Source of the DNA: Candidatus Bathyarchaeia archaeon
Lineage (GTDB): Archaea > Thermoproteota > Bathyarchaeia > Bathyarchaeales > Bathycorpusculaceae
NCBI GenBank assembly: GCA_038883855.1
Contig: JAVZLH010000001.1
Location: 128,001 to 192,000, forward strand
Reading direction: 5' to 3'
DNA length: 64,000 bases
The notes under the pieces are model-generated. The model did not search any database and had not been told where the DNA came from. It saw only the letters and a program-made list of their open reading frames with translations. The position numbers were made by a program, and so were the translations under genes. This document shows positions 8,737 through 17,524 of the stretch, piece by piece (the first letter of the stretch is position 1; every line of letters begins with the position of its first letter).

Positions 8737-9591
8737 TCAGCCGAGGTGTGAAAGGATTTTTGAAGAAAGAGATTTGCGGAATGTTCGTTTCACCTTCTCT
8801 AATGGTTCTCCAATGATGGTGATTTTGTTTAAGTCACATGTTCCAAGACCTTTTTCCTCAGCTAAAACAAGGTGCTTAACCTCTTTTGGGTCTACACCCA
8901 TGACAGCAGCGCCGACAGCGTCAACTGCTACAGAGTCCACTCCAGCAATAACTAAATCCATTTCTACGGGATTTCCACTTGTTTCATGTCCTTCTCCAGC
9001 TATTATCCCGTCTATGACTGTTAGGCTTGGTGTGAGTAATGATGCTAAGTCAGCGATGTTTTTGCTGAGCCAGCCATTATGCATAGAGCCTTTAGAAGCC
9101 AATGCGCCCATCATGTTCTTTAAGCCTAATGTGACTGTTGCCATTCTGTGAAGCTTAAGCTTCGGGACGCTTATTATGATGCTTTGTAAGGCGGTTTTAG
9201 CCACTTTAACCTTCTTAAGCGCTAGTGGATTAGGCGGGTAAACTTCAACAAACTCGTCCTTGTTAAGGTCGACAAGTTTTACATTCCACCTTTCTGCAAC
9301 AGCGTCAACTCCCGCAACTCTGAAAGCTTCAAAAGTGTCCACAAAACCGCTTCCCTCACCTATAACAATATTTTCTACACCGCTTTCTTTCAAAAACTTT
9401 ACAACACCCTCTACTACTCTACTGTCGGTTGTGATGCCGGTTGAGGGATGCCTTGAGTTAATATAGTTAGGTTTAACTAAAATTGGCTTATCCGCTGAAA
9501 ATATGAAACTTAAGTCATGTTCAATCATTCTAAGAGCGTTAACTGTTATTTCTATTGGATTTTTTCCTTTTACAATGGCGACTTTGACCAT
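8737..9591 (-). CDS. DUF362-domain protein
   Basis: ILVKPN, TTDSRVV, IGEGSG, VPKLKLH...TLGLKNMMG, IDGIIAGEG, D.VAVDAV. Confidence 0.85.
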   Translation of the reverse strand: MVKVAIVKGKNPIEITVNALRMIEHDLSFIFSADKPILVKPNYINSRHPSTGITTDSRVVEGVVKFLKESGVENIVIGEGSGFVDTFEAFRVAGVDAVAERWNVKLVDLNKDEFVEVYPPNPLALKKVKVAKTALQSIIISVPKLKLHRMATVTLGLKNMMGALASKGSMHNGWLSKNIADLASLLTPSLTVIDGIIAGEGHETSGNPVEMDLVIAGVDSVAVDAVGAAVMGVDPKEVKHLVLAEEKGLGTCDLNKITIIGEPLEKVKRTFRKSLSSKILSHLG

Positions 9592-9705
9592 TTGAAAGCA
9601 CTAAAACTTTTAGGGTTTTTACGGCAATTTGAATCTTTCCTTAACAGAATAGGCAACCAATAAATATGCCGCAAACATTACTTTTCCTTTATTAAAGGGG
9701 GATTT

Positions 9706-9873
9706 ATGGTGCCCCAACGTGTTATTTGCCAAGGATGCGGTCACGTGTTGTATGAGGGGGTTGACCTTAAACCTCCCGACGAAATCCTCAATCAATATAA
9801 TGGAAAATGCCCAAAATGCGGCAAAAAGTTATCACTAATGCCAATCGATGTGGACGTAAAACCCATCAAATAA
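9706..9873 (+). CDS. Small Zn-ribbon protein (55 aa)
   Basis: Manual translation MVPQRVICQGCGHVLYEGVDLKPPDEILNQYNGKCPKCGKKLSLMPIDVDVKPIK*; GGGGG SD upstream; below the ORF-track cutoff. Confidence 0.85.
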   Translation: MVPQRVICQGCGHVLYEGVDLKPPDEILNQYNGKCPKCGKKLSLMPIDVDVKPIK

Positions 9874-9895
9874 ACGTTGCCGGGGGGAACAAAAC

Positions 9896-10329
9896 GTGAC
9901 GGAAAAATTTGAAAAACCCAACTTTACAACTTTCCTAAGTAAAATGCGAAAATGATAATTTTTGCAAGCTTTGAATTGCCCCTATGGTATAATTCCCGAA
10001 CAACCTATGATGCGCAACAGCGTGGGCATTTTCGACGTATCTCGCATGGAAGAATAAAATTGCTGGCGCTGACGCCATTCTTGATGTTGGCTATAGTATA
10101 GAAACTTCGAAATTCGCGACGATGAAGGAGAAGTAGGGAAGTTGGCTAGCGGAACATTTTAGCCGATTCTTAACTGCGGTATAGGAATGGGCTATATTCC
10201 AGCCCTCTAACGCTAAAAGGGAAAATCTTGTATGTAAAGATTCGGAACAAAAATAAAGGCGAAAATCGAAGCCTTTCCTTTCTACGACTCAGAGAGATGC
10301 GTGGTACAAGCGTAAGTTTCAGTAAATAG
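9896..10329 (+). pseudogene. gcvT: Glycine cleavage T-protein (aminomethyltransferase) remnant with stops, frameshifts and a large central deletion
   Basis: N-terminal relics LYNFPK*NAKMIIFASFELPLWY and RNSVGIFDVSRM; C-terminal relics GEVGKLASGTF*PILNCGIGMGYI and KIRNK/KAKIEAFPFYD. Confidence 0.8.
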
Positions 10330-10401
10330 GATATTGCGTATTCGCTTTCCACCGTAAGAATAATAAAATACTTCCATAATCTTGTAGGAGAGATGACCTA
10401 A

Positions 10402-12708
10402 ATGAAACTAACCGAAGCCGTAACACGAGGACGTATTGTTGCTGGACTAAAAAGTTTTGGCAAAATCCGCATAAAAATGGACCATGCATCATTGATGACT
10501 TATTCAACTTTGCTGCTGATCCTCTTCATCGCCTTTGCCGTACGCGCTTTCCCTCTTCGCTGGGAATTACAAAAAAATGTGATATCTCTCTCCGAGTTCG
10601 ACCCTTACTTTCAATATAGGCTAACAGAGCATATGGTGCAGTATGGTCTCCTGTCGCCTTACTGGCCTAAGCCATGGATTGACACTCAGCGTTGGTATCC
10701 AGATGGGCAGAACATGGCAATGTCATATCCAGCATTGCCCATGACCGCAGCAGCTCTCTATATTATTCTTTCAACTTTAGGTGTGAGAATTGAATTGATG
10801 AGTTTCTGCGCGATTCTTCCCGCAATCTTTGGTACTTTAGCATGTCTAATCATTTATTTTGTTGGAAAAGACATCGGGGGAAAATTCGCTGGCATGCTTT
10901 CAGCTCTCTTTTTAGCCTTAAGCTCCTCCTATATCCAAAGAACTTCTGTAGGGTTCTTTGACGATGAAACTATAGGAATGGTTGCCCTTTTATTGTTTAT
11001 TTTCATGTTTCTAAGAGCTATTGAAGAAGAAAGACCTGTCAGCTCAACCGTAAAATATTCGTTGGGCGCCGCCGCAGCACTAGCGTATTTCTGTTCCGGC
11101 TGGGGTGCATCATATTACCCAGTGGGTTTGACCGTTTTATTCGTTTTCGTGTTGATACTACTTAAGAGATACTCACAGCGTCTCCTCTTGTCATATAGCA
11201 TAACCTTTGGATTAGGATTGTTTGTTGCCATAAATGTTCCATATGTTTCAACAAGGTACTTAACATCGCAAGTTATAATGGCTGTTGCCGGAATCTTCAT
11301 ATTGCTTTTTATAAACGAGTTTCTCCGTGCCTTAACCACTACACGTTCAAAAGTTTTATGCATTATAATATCTTTGGCGGCGCTTGCGGGCGGTTTCGCA
11401 GTACTTTGGCACTTGGGTTATATGGAAGCTGTGGCTGGTAAGTTTCTTACTGTTATAAACCCTTTTCTGCGGGCAGAATCTCCCTTGTTCGAATCTGTGG
11501 CTGAGCATAGGATTTCAGCTTGGGGTTCCATCTACTACGAGTTTGGAATAGGATTAATCTTCTTTATAGCTGGTTTAGTATTCACCCTACGAAACCCTAC
11601 AAACAAAAATTTGTTCCTGCTTCTTTTTGGTTTAACATCCCTCTACTTTGCCTGCTCAATGGTGCGTTTACTCGTCATTTTGGCTCCCGCCTATGGTCTT
11701 CTGGCATCCGTTGGAGTTTTCAGCATTCTAAAACCTTTTAGCGCATTGATGATGGAACCTCAAAAAGTGTTTGCAAAAGCAAAGCATGGTTTAGATCGTG
11801 TCGGCAAAGAGTTCAGCGGGGCGGCTGTCTTCCTAATATTCATTATCTTAATGACAAACCTTGCCTTTTCACCGCAAACGGGCGGCATACCAAAAGTGTA
11901 CAGTCAAGCTTACGCTCCAGTTACAATCTCTGCTGGTAGCCTTCCCATAGCACCAAACGAGCCCGTACAGGAATGGTTCAATTTGCTTAATTGGTTAAAA
12001 AGCAACTTAGGATACAAGCATGAAAGCGAAAAAGTTGTTTGCAGCTGGTGGGACTATGGATATTGGCTGGCAATAATTGGTAATGTAACATCTCTTGCCG
12101 ACAACGCCACAATAAACAATACGCAAATAGAGAACATAGGATTTGTATTCATGGCTAATGAAACCGACGCATTAAAAATGCTAAAACTTTACAATGCGAA
12201 ATACATCTTAGTGTTCACAACCTTGTTTGTTGTGACGTATGGAGACTCTTGGTACGCATATTGGGCTGGCTACGGCGACGAGGGAAAGTGGATGTGGATG
12301 GCGCGAATTTCTGGTAAAGCGCAAACTCGCTTTCTTAACGGCGACGCCAACGGCGATGGAAAGACGGATGTTCCTAACTTGATAGATGAGGCTTCTTCGT
12401 GGGTTAACGAGACTAAATTTGGACAGTACAACGCTACTACAAGTAGATGGGAGTGGAACGATGCTGGAAAGAACTCCACAATTTACAAGCTGATGAGCTG
12501 GGGAAAACAGCGATGGTGCAACCAGAACGGCGCCACACCCGATGAGTCTGGCATTCAACCTGAATACTTTAAAGAAGCTTACTTTGCTGGCTTAGACTTG
12601 TCCGGTGATGAGGCGCTCAGCAGGTACGCAGTAGCTTCAGACCGTGCCTTGGTTCCTCTTGTGCTACTCTATGAAATTGACTGGCAAAAATACGGTTTAA
12701 GCCAGTAA
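10402..12708 (+). CDS. aglB: Oligosaccharyltransferase catalytic subunit AglB/STT3
   Basis: EFDPYF, GFFDDE, SVAEH, WWDYG, DNAT, GDEGKWMWMARI (eukaryote-type DK motif); multiple TM helices. Confidence 0.96.
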   Translation: MKLTEAVTRGRIVAGLKSFGKIRIKMDHASLMTYSTLLLILFIAFAVRAFPLRWELQKNVISLSEFDPYFQYRLTEHMVQYGLLSPYWPKPWIDTQRWYPDGQNMAMSYPALPMTAAALYIILSTLGVRIELMSFCAILPAIFGTLACLIIYFVGKDIGGKFAGMLSALFLALSSSYIQRTSVGFFDDETIGMVALLLFIFMFLRAIEEERPVSSTVKYSLGAAAALAYFCSGWGASYYPVGLTVLFVFVLILLKRYSQRLLLSYSITFGLGLFVAINVPYVSTRYLTSQVIMAVAGIFILLFINEFLRALTTTRSKVLCIIISLAALAGGFAVLWHLGYMEAVAGKFLTVINPFLRAESPLFESVAEHRISAWGSIYYEFGIGLIFFIAGLVFTLRNPTNKNLFLLLFGLTSLYFACSMVRLLVILAPAYGLLASVGVFSILKPFSALMMEPQKVFAKAKHGLDRVGKEFSGAAVFLIFIILMTNLAFSPQTGGIPKVYSQAYAPVTISAGSLPIAPNEPVQEWFNLLNWLKSNLGYKHESEKVVCSWWDYGYWLAIIGNVTSLADNATINNTQIENIGFVFMANETDALKMLKLYNAKYILVFTTLFVVTYGDSWYAYWAGYGDEGKWMWMARISGKAQTRFLNGDANGDGKTDVPNLIDEASSWVNETKFGQYNATTSRWEWNDAGKNSTIYKLMSWGKQRWCNQNGATPDESGIQPEYFKEAYFAGLDLSGDEALSRYAVASDRALVPLVLLYEIDWQKYGLSQ

Positions 12709-12712
12709 CGGA

Positions 12713-13576
12713 GTGGTAACTTGTTTGTTTCCAAAGGTTCCAGACCAACACAAGCCAAACAAGCCCTTGGTTCCAACAGGCTTAGGCGTAGTATATGTGA
12801 TATTAAGCGCAGCTTACCTTTTCCTGTTGCATTATTCGGTTGACACTGAAGAGGCTTTAACATTAGCTGCTTGCATATTGTTCGGCGGCTTTATGGGATT
12901 GCTTGACGATTGGATGGATTTAAGGTGGCGCTACAAAGCTTTTTTCCCGTTGATAGCTGCGATTCCACTTATTTCTTTGGCGACGAAACTCGGGCTTCGT
13001 ACGTCTATGGCTATTCCATTTCTTGGAACAATAGTCTTTGATAACTACTACTATTTTATGATTATTCCATTAATTGTAACGGTGACCACTAACACTGTAA
13101 ACCAGCTAGGTGGGTTGAACGGGTTGGAAACTATTTGCCCCTCTATAATCTTAATTGGGCTAATTTTCCTTTCAGGCTCTAACGCTGTTCTTTTATACTT
13201 CCCATTAGTTGTTTGGCTCATGCTTGCCTTTTTTAATTTTCAAGGAAAAATTTTTGTTGGAAACTCCGGGTCCTTTGCCATAGGGTTAACGATAGCGGCT
13301 TTTGCGATAATTGCTGATTTGAAGTCATTTTTGTTAATTGCACTTTTACCATATATCCTAAACTCTTCTTTGATTCTGTTAAATTATTTCTTTTTCAGAA
13401 CTAAGGCAAACGTCTCCTTTGACGGAAAGAAACTTTTTTCCGATCATAGAAGAAGTCTCATTACTCTTATCACTTATCATCGTCCTCTTACTGAACGCAA
13501 AATAGTAATAATAATCTCTGTTTTGGTTTCGTTGTCAACTTTTGCCGCATCAATATTCCAGTTGTTTATGACTTAA
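12713..13576 (+). CDS. aglH: Polyprenyl-phosphate GlcNAc-1-phosphate transferase (AglH/DPAGT1/MraY family)
   Basis: DQHKPNKPLVP, GLLDDW.DL.WRYK, TNTVNQLGGLNGLE, KIFVGNSG; directly after aglB; alternative TTG start at 12725. Confidence 0.8.
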   Translation: MVTCLFPKVPDQHKPNKPLVPTGLGVVYVILSAAYLFLLHYSVDTEEALTLAACILFGGFMGLLDDWMDLRWRYKAFFPLIAAIPLISLATKLGLRTSMAIPFLGTIVFDNYYYFMIIPLIVTVTTNTVNQLGGLNGLETICPSIILIGLIFLSGSNAVLLYFPLVVWLMLAFFNFQGKIFVGNSGSFAIGLTIAAFAIIADLKSFLLIALLPYILNSSLILLNYFFFRTKANVSFDGKKLFSDHRRSLITLITYHRPLTERKIVIIISVLVSLSTFAASIFQLFMT

Positions 13577-13655
13577 CCTGTATGTTGTTGTGCGACACAC
13601 AAAAGGCAAAAATCGTTTAGAGTGAGGCTAATCTTAGAGGTTAGAGGACAAGCTT

Positions 13656-14130
13656 GTGCACCAATTTAATGTAATGTGGGAAATCACCAGTTTGGTAGGA
13701 GTTAAACTGGATGTAAGGGCGAAGACTGAAGCAATCAATTTTGATGTCAAAGCTAAACTGGAAGAAAGCGAGGAGCGCAAGAGCCAGATGGTTGTTGTAG
13801 GCTTCCGCCTTTTTCTGGCAACTAAACCAAGTATTGTTGAAGTTTGAAATTGAGGGCACCGCAACTTTAGCGGGAAAGGGACATGGAAATAAACGAAATG
13901 CTGGAAATCGACCCAGAAACAAAAGTGCCCTATGTCTTTCAAAAATTTACTAACATGCCTTTACAGCAATTATTTGCTTTCAACAATTTTAGGCGCCCTC
14001 CACCACCCGTGATTTGTTATTCTCTAAAAGACAAGACGCGTCTGGAGAAGAGGTAAGCGTGGAAACGGGTGAAACTGGAACTGTAGGCGTTGAGGTTGCA
14101 ACGGAGGAAGTAAGTGTTTCTGAAAAATAG
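13656..14130 (+). pseudogene. Multiply frameshifted conserved hypothetical gene (SecB-like fold suspected)
   Basis: Coherent peptide pieces across frames: ...NFDVKAKLEE..VGFRLFLATKPSIV / KFEIEGTATLAGK / DMEINEMLEIDPETKVPYVFQK / IY*HAFTA / YLLSTILGA.PP / DLLFSKRQ...EK*. Confidence 0.7.
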
Positions 14131-14182
14131 TTTTCAGTAACATTTAATAGGAATAATTCTCTTCCGTTTAGAAACTGTTAAT

Positions 14183-14237
14183 GGCGGGTGAGTGGGCCTC
14201 CACCCGTTCCGCAATAAAACCCCGGAGTAGGAGGTGA
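14183..14237 (+). promoter_or_regulatory. Structured 5' leader of queT (candidate preQ0/preQ1 riboswitch-like pseudoknot with anti-SD)
   Basis: Stem GGCGGGTG(14183-90)/CACCCGTT(14201-08), 10-nt loop AGTGGGCCTC, A-rich AATAAAA then CCCC able to pair with loop GGG; CCTCC is complementary to the SD GGAGG. Confidence 0.4.
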
Positions 14238-14241
14238 AAAG

Positions 14242-14769
14242 TTGAAATTTGACAGTAGAGATTTAGCGTTGACAGCAGTTTTTGCCGCACTTTACGCTGC
14301 GCTGGTCATTCTTCTGGCGCCAATAAGTTTCGGGGTCTATCAAGTTAGGGTTGCTGACGCTTTACTTCCCTTATCAATGATATTTGGAGTTCCCATCGCC
14401 ATTGGGTCAAGCTTAGGTTGTTTGGTTGCGAATGTTTACGGCGGTTTAGGCGCCATCGACATTGTGGGCGGAGCGATTGCAAACTTTCTGGCATGTGTCT
14501 CAGCGTGGTATGTTGGCAGAAGTGGGTTTGCAAGTAGGCTTCTGGGAAGTTTTGTTGAAACACTGGTTATAACTGTAATTGTTGGTGGTTATTTGTCGTT
14601 AATATTTGATGTCCCCGTTGAGCTTGGATTGTTCGGCATTTTCGTCGGCTCTATCATTTCGATAAACATTTTAGGCTTTGCCCTTGAAGAAGTTTTACAA
14701 CGAAGCGGCGTATGGAAAAGGCACGCTGGAAAAGTTGCAACAAACATTGATGCGCATGGTACTACATGA
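14242..14769 (+). CDS. queT: QueT-family ECF S-component (queuosine/archaeosine precursor transporter)
   Basis: AVFAALYAAL...LAPISFG.YQVRVADAL..L, GCLVAN, G.IDIVGG; TTG start with GGAGGTGA SD. Confidence 0.88.
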   Translation: MKFDSRDLALTAVFAALYAALVILLAPISFGVYQVRVADALLPLSMIFGVPIAIGSSLGCLVANVYGGLGAIDIVGGAIANFLACVSAWYVGRSGFASRLLGSFVETLVITVIVGGYLSLIFDVPVELGLFGIFVGSIISINILGFALEEVLQRSGVWKRHAGKVATNIDAHGTT

Positions 14770-17443
14770 AGCGTTCCAGTTTTGTTAATCCTATTATTTC
14801 GTCGAAGTCTAAACCTAAAGCATCTAAAACCTGGTCGAATGTTGAGTGGAGATAGGCTATGTACTTGTCAACATCTATCTCGTTTTTTGTTGCCAACTCC
14901 ACCGGTTTAACATGGGGTTCGTTGACGACTTTCACGAAGCTTATTAAGTCGCCTGCTTTAGGCTCTACGCCTCCTTCTTTTAGAATTCTTGCTGCTTTAA
15001 CATGTTGAGGTGTTGTTTTTGTGTAACGTTCTGGCTCTTCGCCTAAGACCACGTTGAAGGCGAGTTCGTTTAGGCTTTCCCACTCGCGTCTTTTCAATCG
15101 CATGTAACAGTCGCGGATGTTTCGGATAATATCCTTTTTTGCGTCTTCGAAGTCTGCTGGAGTTTTCACGGCGGCTAAGCGTTCTTTCATTTTGTCGAAA
15201 GCCTTCTTGATAAACAGCGGTATGTGCCTCTTTTTGCCTGTCAACCCTTTCACGTCAACGCTTCCGTCCTCTAAAACTCCTAAATAATTCTTTTTTCTTG
15301 AGCTAAAAACTGCATATCGGTAAACCTTGTCCACATCCAAGCTCATTTTCAGTTCGCGTTCAGTCCACTCTCCCAACTCGCGGATTTGCTCTTTTGAAGG
15401 GTTCTTTAGGAAAACGCTGTCCGTGTCACCATAAAGCACTTTTATGCCCAACTCCTCCGCCCTATTAATTATTTGGGTTATTGCGTGTCTTCCAATGGCT
15501 GCTGTTGCCTCCGCAACTGGCGGGCAATATAAGTCGAAGGTTTCAGCCCCGAAGACTCCGTAGCTGGCGTTTAAAATTACCTTGAGGGCTCCTTGAATGA
15601 TGTTGTACCAGCTTCTCAACTCTGCCGTCAAAGCCTTGTCTTTAGATTTCGGCTTGTACCATTGTACTCGCAAATCTCTAAGTGAACCTATCAGAAGACT
15701 TTCTAAACCCCGCTTTTTTGTGCAGACCCAATGGGGTGTTCCTGGAACAAGGTTTGTGTGGCATTCTGGATGCGGACACAAAATGGACTGGTAGCCTAGG
15801 TTCCAAACTTTTATTATTGATGGGTATAGGCTTGGGAAATCCATTATGGCAACGTTGAAGTGGACGCCTGGGACTGGTTCAACAACTATGGCGCCCTTGT
15901 ACTTTTTGCCTTTAATTATGGCTTTTGTGGCTGTCTTGCCTTTTAAGGCCAGTATGTCTTCGGCGTTTGGGATGAGCATGTTTCTTCTGCGGTGTTCTCG
16001 GTGCATGAAATTTCTTATCCAGCGGGAAACTCCTTGGCGACTAACGTCTTCCATTGGCATGCTGCTGATTCTGGCTAAAACAAGGATAAGCTTCATCACC
16101 AGCTCATCTTCGAAGCTTGTAAGCGTGAATGTGATTTCAGCGTCTCTAAAACAGTATTGGGCAAGCTCAGTGTAGGTTAACTCTCCTATGCCCTTTTCTA
16201 GAGGTATCTTCTCCATTCCGACAAGGGCTTTGCCCACATCGTCGAGCGTAACATCTCGATAGCGGTTGTTGAAGGCGTAAATTTGGATTGAGCGGTTAAA
16301 GAAGAACTTGTAAAGGTCTATGTGGACACCATATTTTAGAAGACATACACGCCTACCTACATCTATTGGGACGTCGTCCCTTCTGAAACCGAAATTCTGC
16401 GCTCGATGAGCCAGATAACGCAGGTCAAAATCGTCGCCATTAAAAGTTACTACGAAGGGATAACTCCACAGAACATCAAAAATGGCTTTTATAAGCTTCT
16501 CTTCCGAATCAAAATACACAAGCTCCACACCAGCTGGTAAACGCTCAGCGCCTTCGCGGACCCCTTCCCGCCTTAAAAGTAAAACCTTCTTTTGTCCATC
16601 CGAACCATAAATTGAAGCGCAAACAACAGGGTAAGCAGCTTCTCGGGGGTCCGGCATTCTTGTTGGAACTGGCGTGTGCACCTCTATGTCGATGGCGGCA
16701 CGGTGAAACTTTGGAGCTGGATACTCCAGAAGCCTAGCCCACTGCTCAATATGTTCAAGCTCCTCTGGATGAGCGTCTCTAAATATTCCCTTTATTTTCT
16801 GGATGTTCTCCTCTACTTCTTCCAATCGTTTTGGAACCAGTTTGCCGTCTCTAACCTCATATATCATTCCCGGCCAAAGTTCACGGTCATAAATGTAGGA
16901 CTGGTAATACTTTATCTTGGACTCCCAAACTTTAATTGCCTCTGCTGGTATTGGGGTATCTGAAACTTTTGGGAAGTCCTCTGGGATTATGTCCCTTATG
17001 CATCCTGTTGGGCGTCCACCAATGGCTAACGGGTCTTTCGCCACTATTTTCGTTACTTTAACCATTTTATCTTGTAGCGGGTCAAACCTCTCTTCGAGTT
17101 CGAAATGGTCAAACCCTGGATGTTTTGTTAGGCGGTCTATTTTCTCAAGCTCGTATGGTGAGAGGTTTGTTAGGCAGTAGGGTTTATGTCCAGAATTGTC
17201 ATACCAAAAATAGATTTTCCCTGATGTTGGCTCGTAAAGTTTGATTAGGGCTTTTCCAGCTTTTCCGTCGTATGTGGCTGAAACAAAATATGAGGGCGGC
17301 AAGTTTTCAGGAGCCAACGGGGGAAAAGTACGCTGTCTTTTTTCTTTTTTTATGGCTTCTGTGAAGGGCAAGGCTTCCGTTTTGGCCTCTTCTTTGGGCT
17401 CTGCTCTTGGAAGCGAAAATTCGTCGAGACTTCTCTGCGCCAT
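14762..17443 (-). CDS. polB: Family B DNA polymerase (PolB1 type)
   Basis: Exonuclease motifs DIE, FNGDDFD, YCFRD; polymerase motifs DFPSLYPS, KVILNASYG, YGDTDS, KKNYLG; N-terminal WYD..GHKPYCL typical of PolB1. Confidence 0.96.
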   Translation of the reverse strand: MAQRSLDEFSLPRAEPKEEAKTEALPFTEAIKKEKRQRTFPPLAPENLPPSYFVSATYDGKAGKALIKLYEPTSGKIYFWYDNSGHKPYCLTNLSPYELEKIDRLTKHPGFDHFELEERFDPLQDKMVKVTKIVAKDPLAIGGRPTGCIRDIIPEDFPKVSDTPIPAEAIKVWESKIKYYQSYIYDRELWPGMIYEVRDGKLVPKRLEEVEENIQKIKGIFRDAHPEELEHIEQWARLLEYPAPKFHRAAIDIEVHTPVPTRMPDPREAAYPVVCASIYGSDGQKKVLLLRREGVREGAERLPAGVELVYFDSEEKLIKAIFDVLWSYPFVVTFNGDDFDLRYLAHRAQNFGFRRDDVPIDVGRRVCLLKYGVHIDLYKFFFNRSIQIYAFNNRYRDVTLDDVGKALVGMEKIPLEKGIGELTYTELAQYCFRDAEITFTLTSFEDELVMKLILVLARISSMPMEDVSRQGVSRWIRNFMHREHRRRNMLIPNAEDILALKGKTATKAIIKGKKYKGAIVVEPVPGVHFNVAIMDFPSLYPSIIKVWNLGYQSILCPHPECHTNLVPGTPHWVCTKKRGLESLLIGSLRDLRVQWYKPKSKDKALTAELRSWYNIIQGALKVILNASYGVFGAETFDLYCPPVAEATAAIGRHAITQIINRAEELGIKVLYGDTDSVFLKNPSKEQIRELGEWTERELKMSLDVDKVYRYAVFSSRKKNYLGVLEDGSVDVKGLTGKKRHIPLFIKKAFDKMKERLAAVKTPADFEDAKKDIIRNIRDCYMRLKRREWESLNELAFNVVLGEEPERYTKTTPQHVKAARILKEGGVEPKAGDLISFVKVVNEPHVKPVELATKNEIDVDKYIAYLHSTFDQVLDALGLDFDEIIGLTKLERFM

Positions 17444-17524
17444 AGTCGCCTTAACCTAACTTTTTGTTAATGGATAGGATAGACTAAAATCTTACTAAAC
17501 CTAGATTCTACGGCTGGGAAGAAG

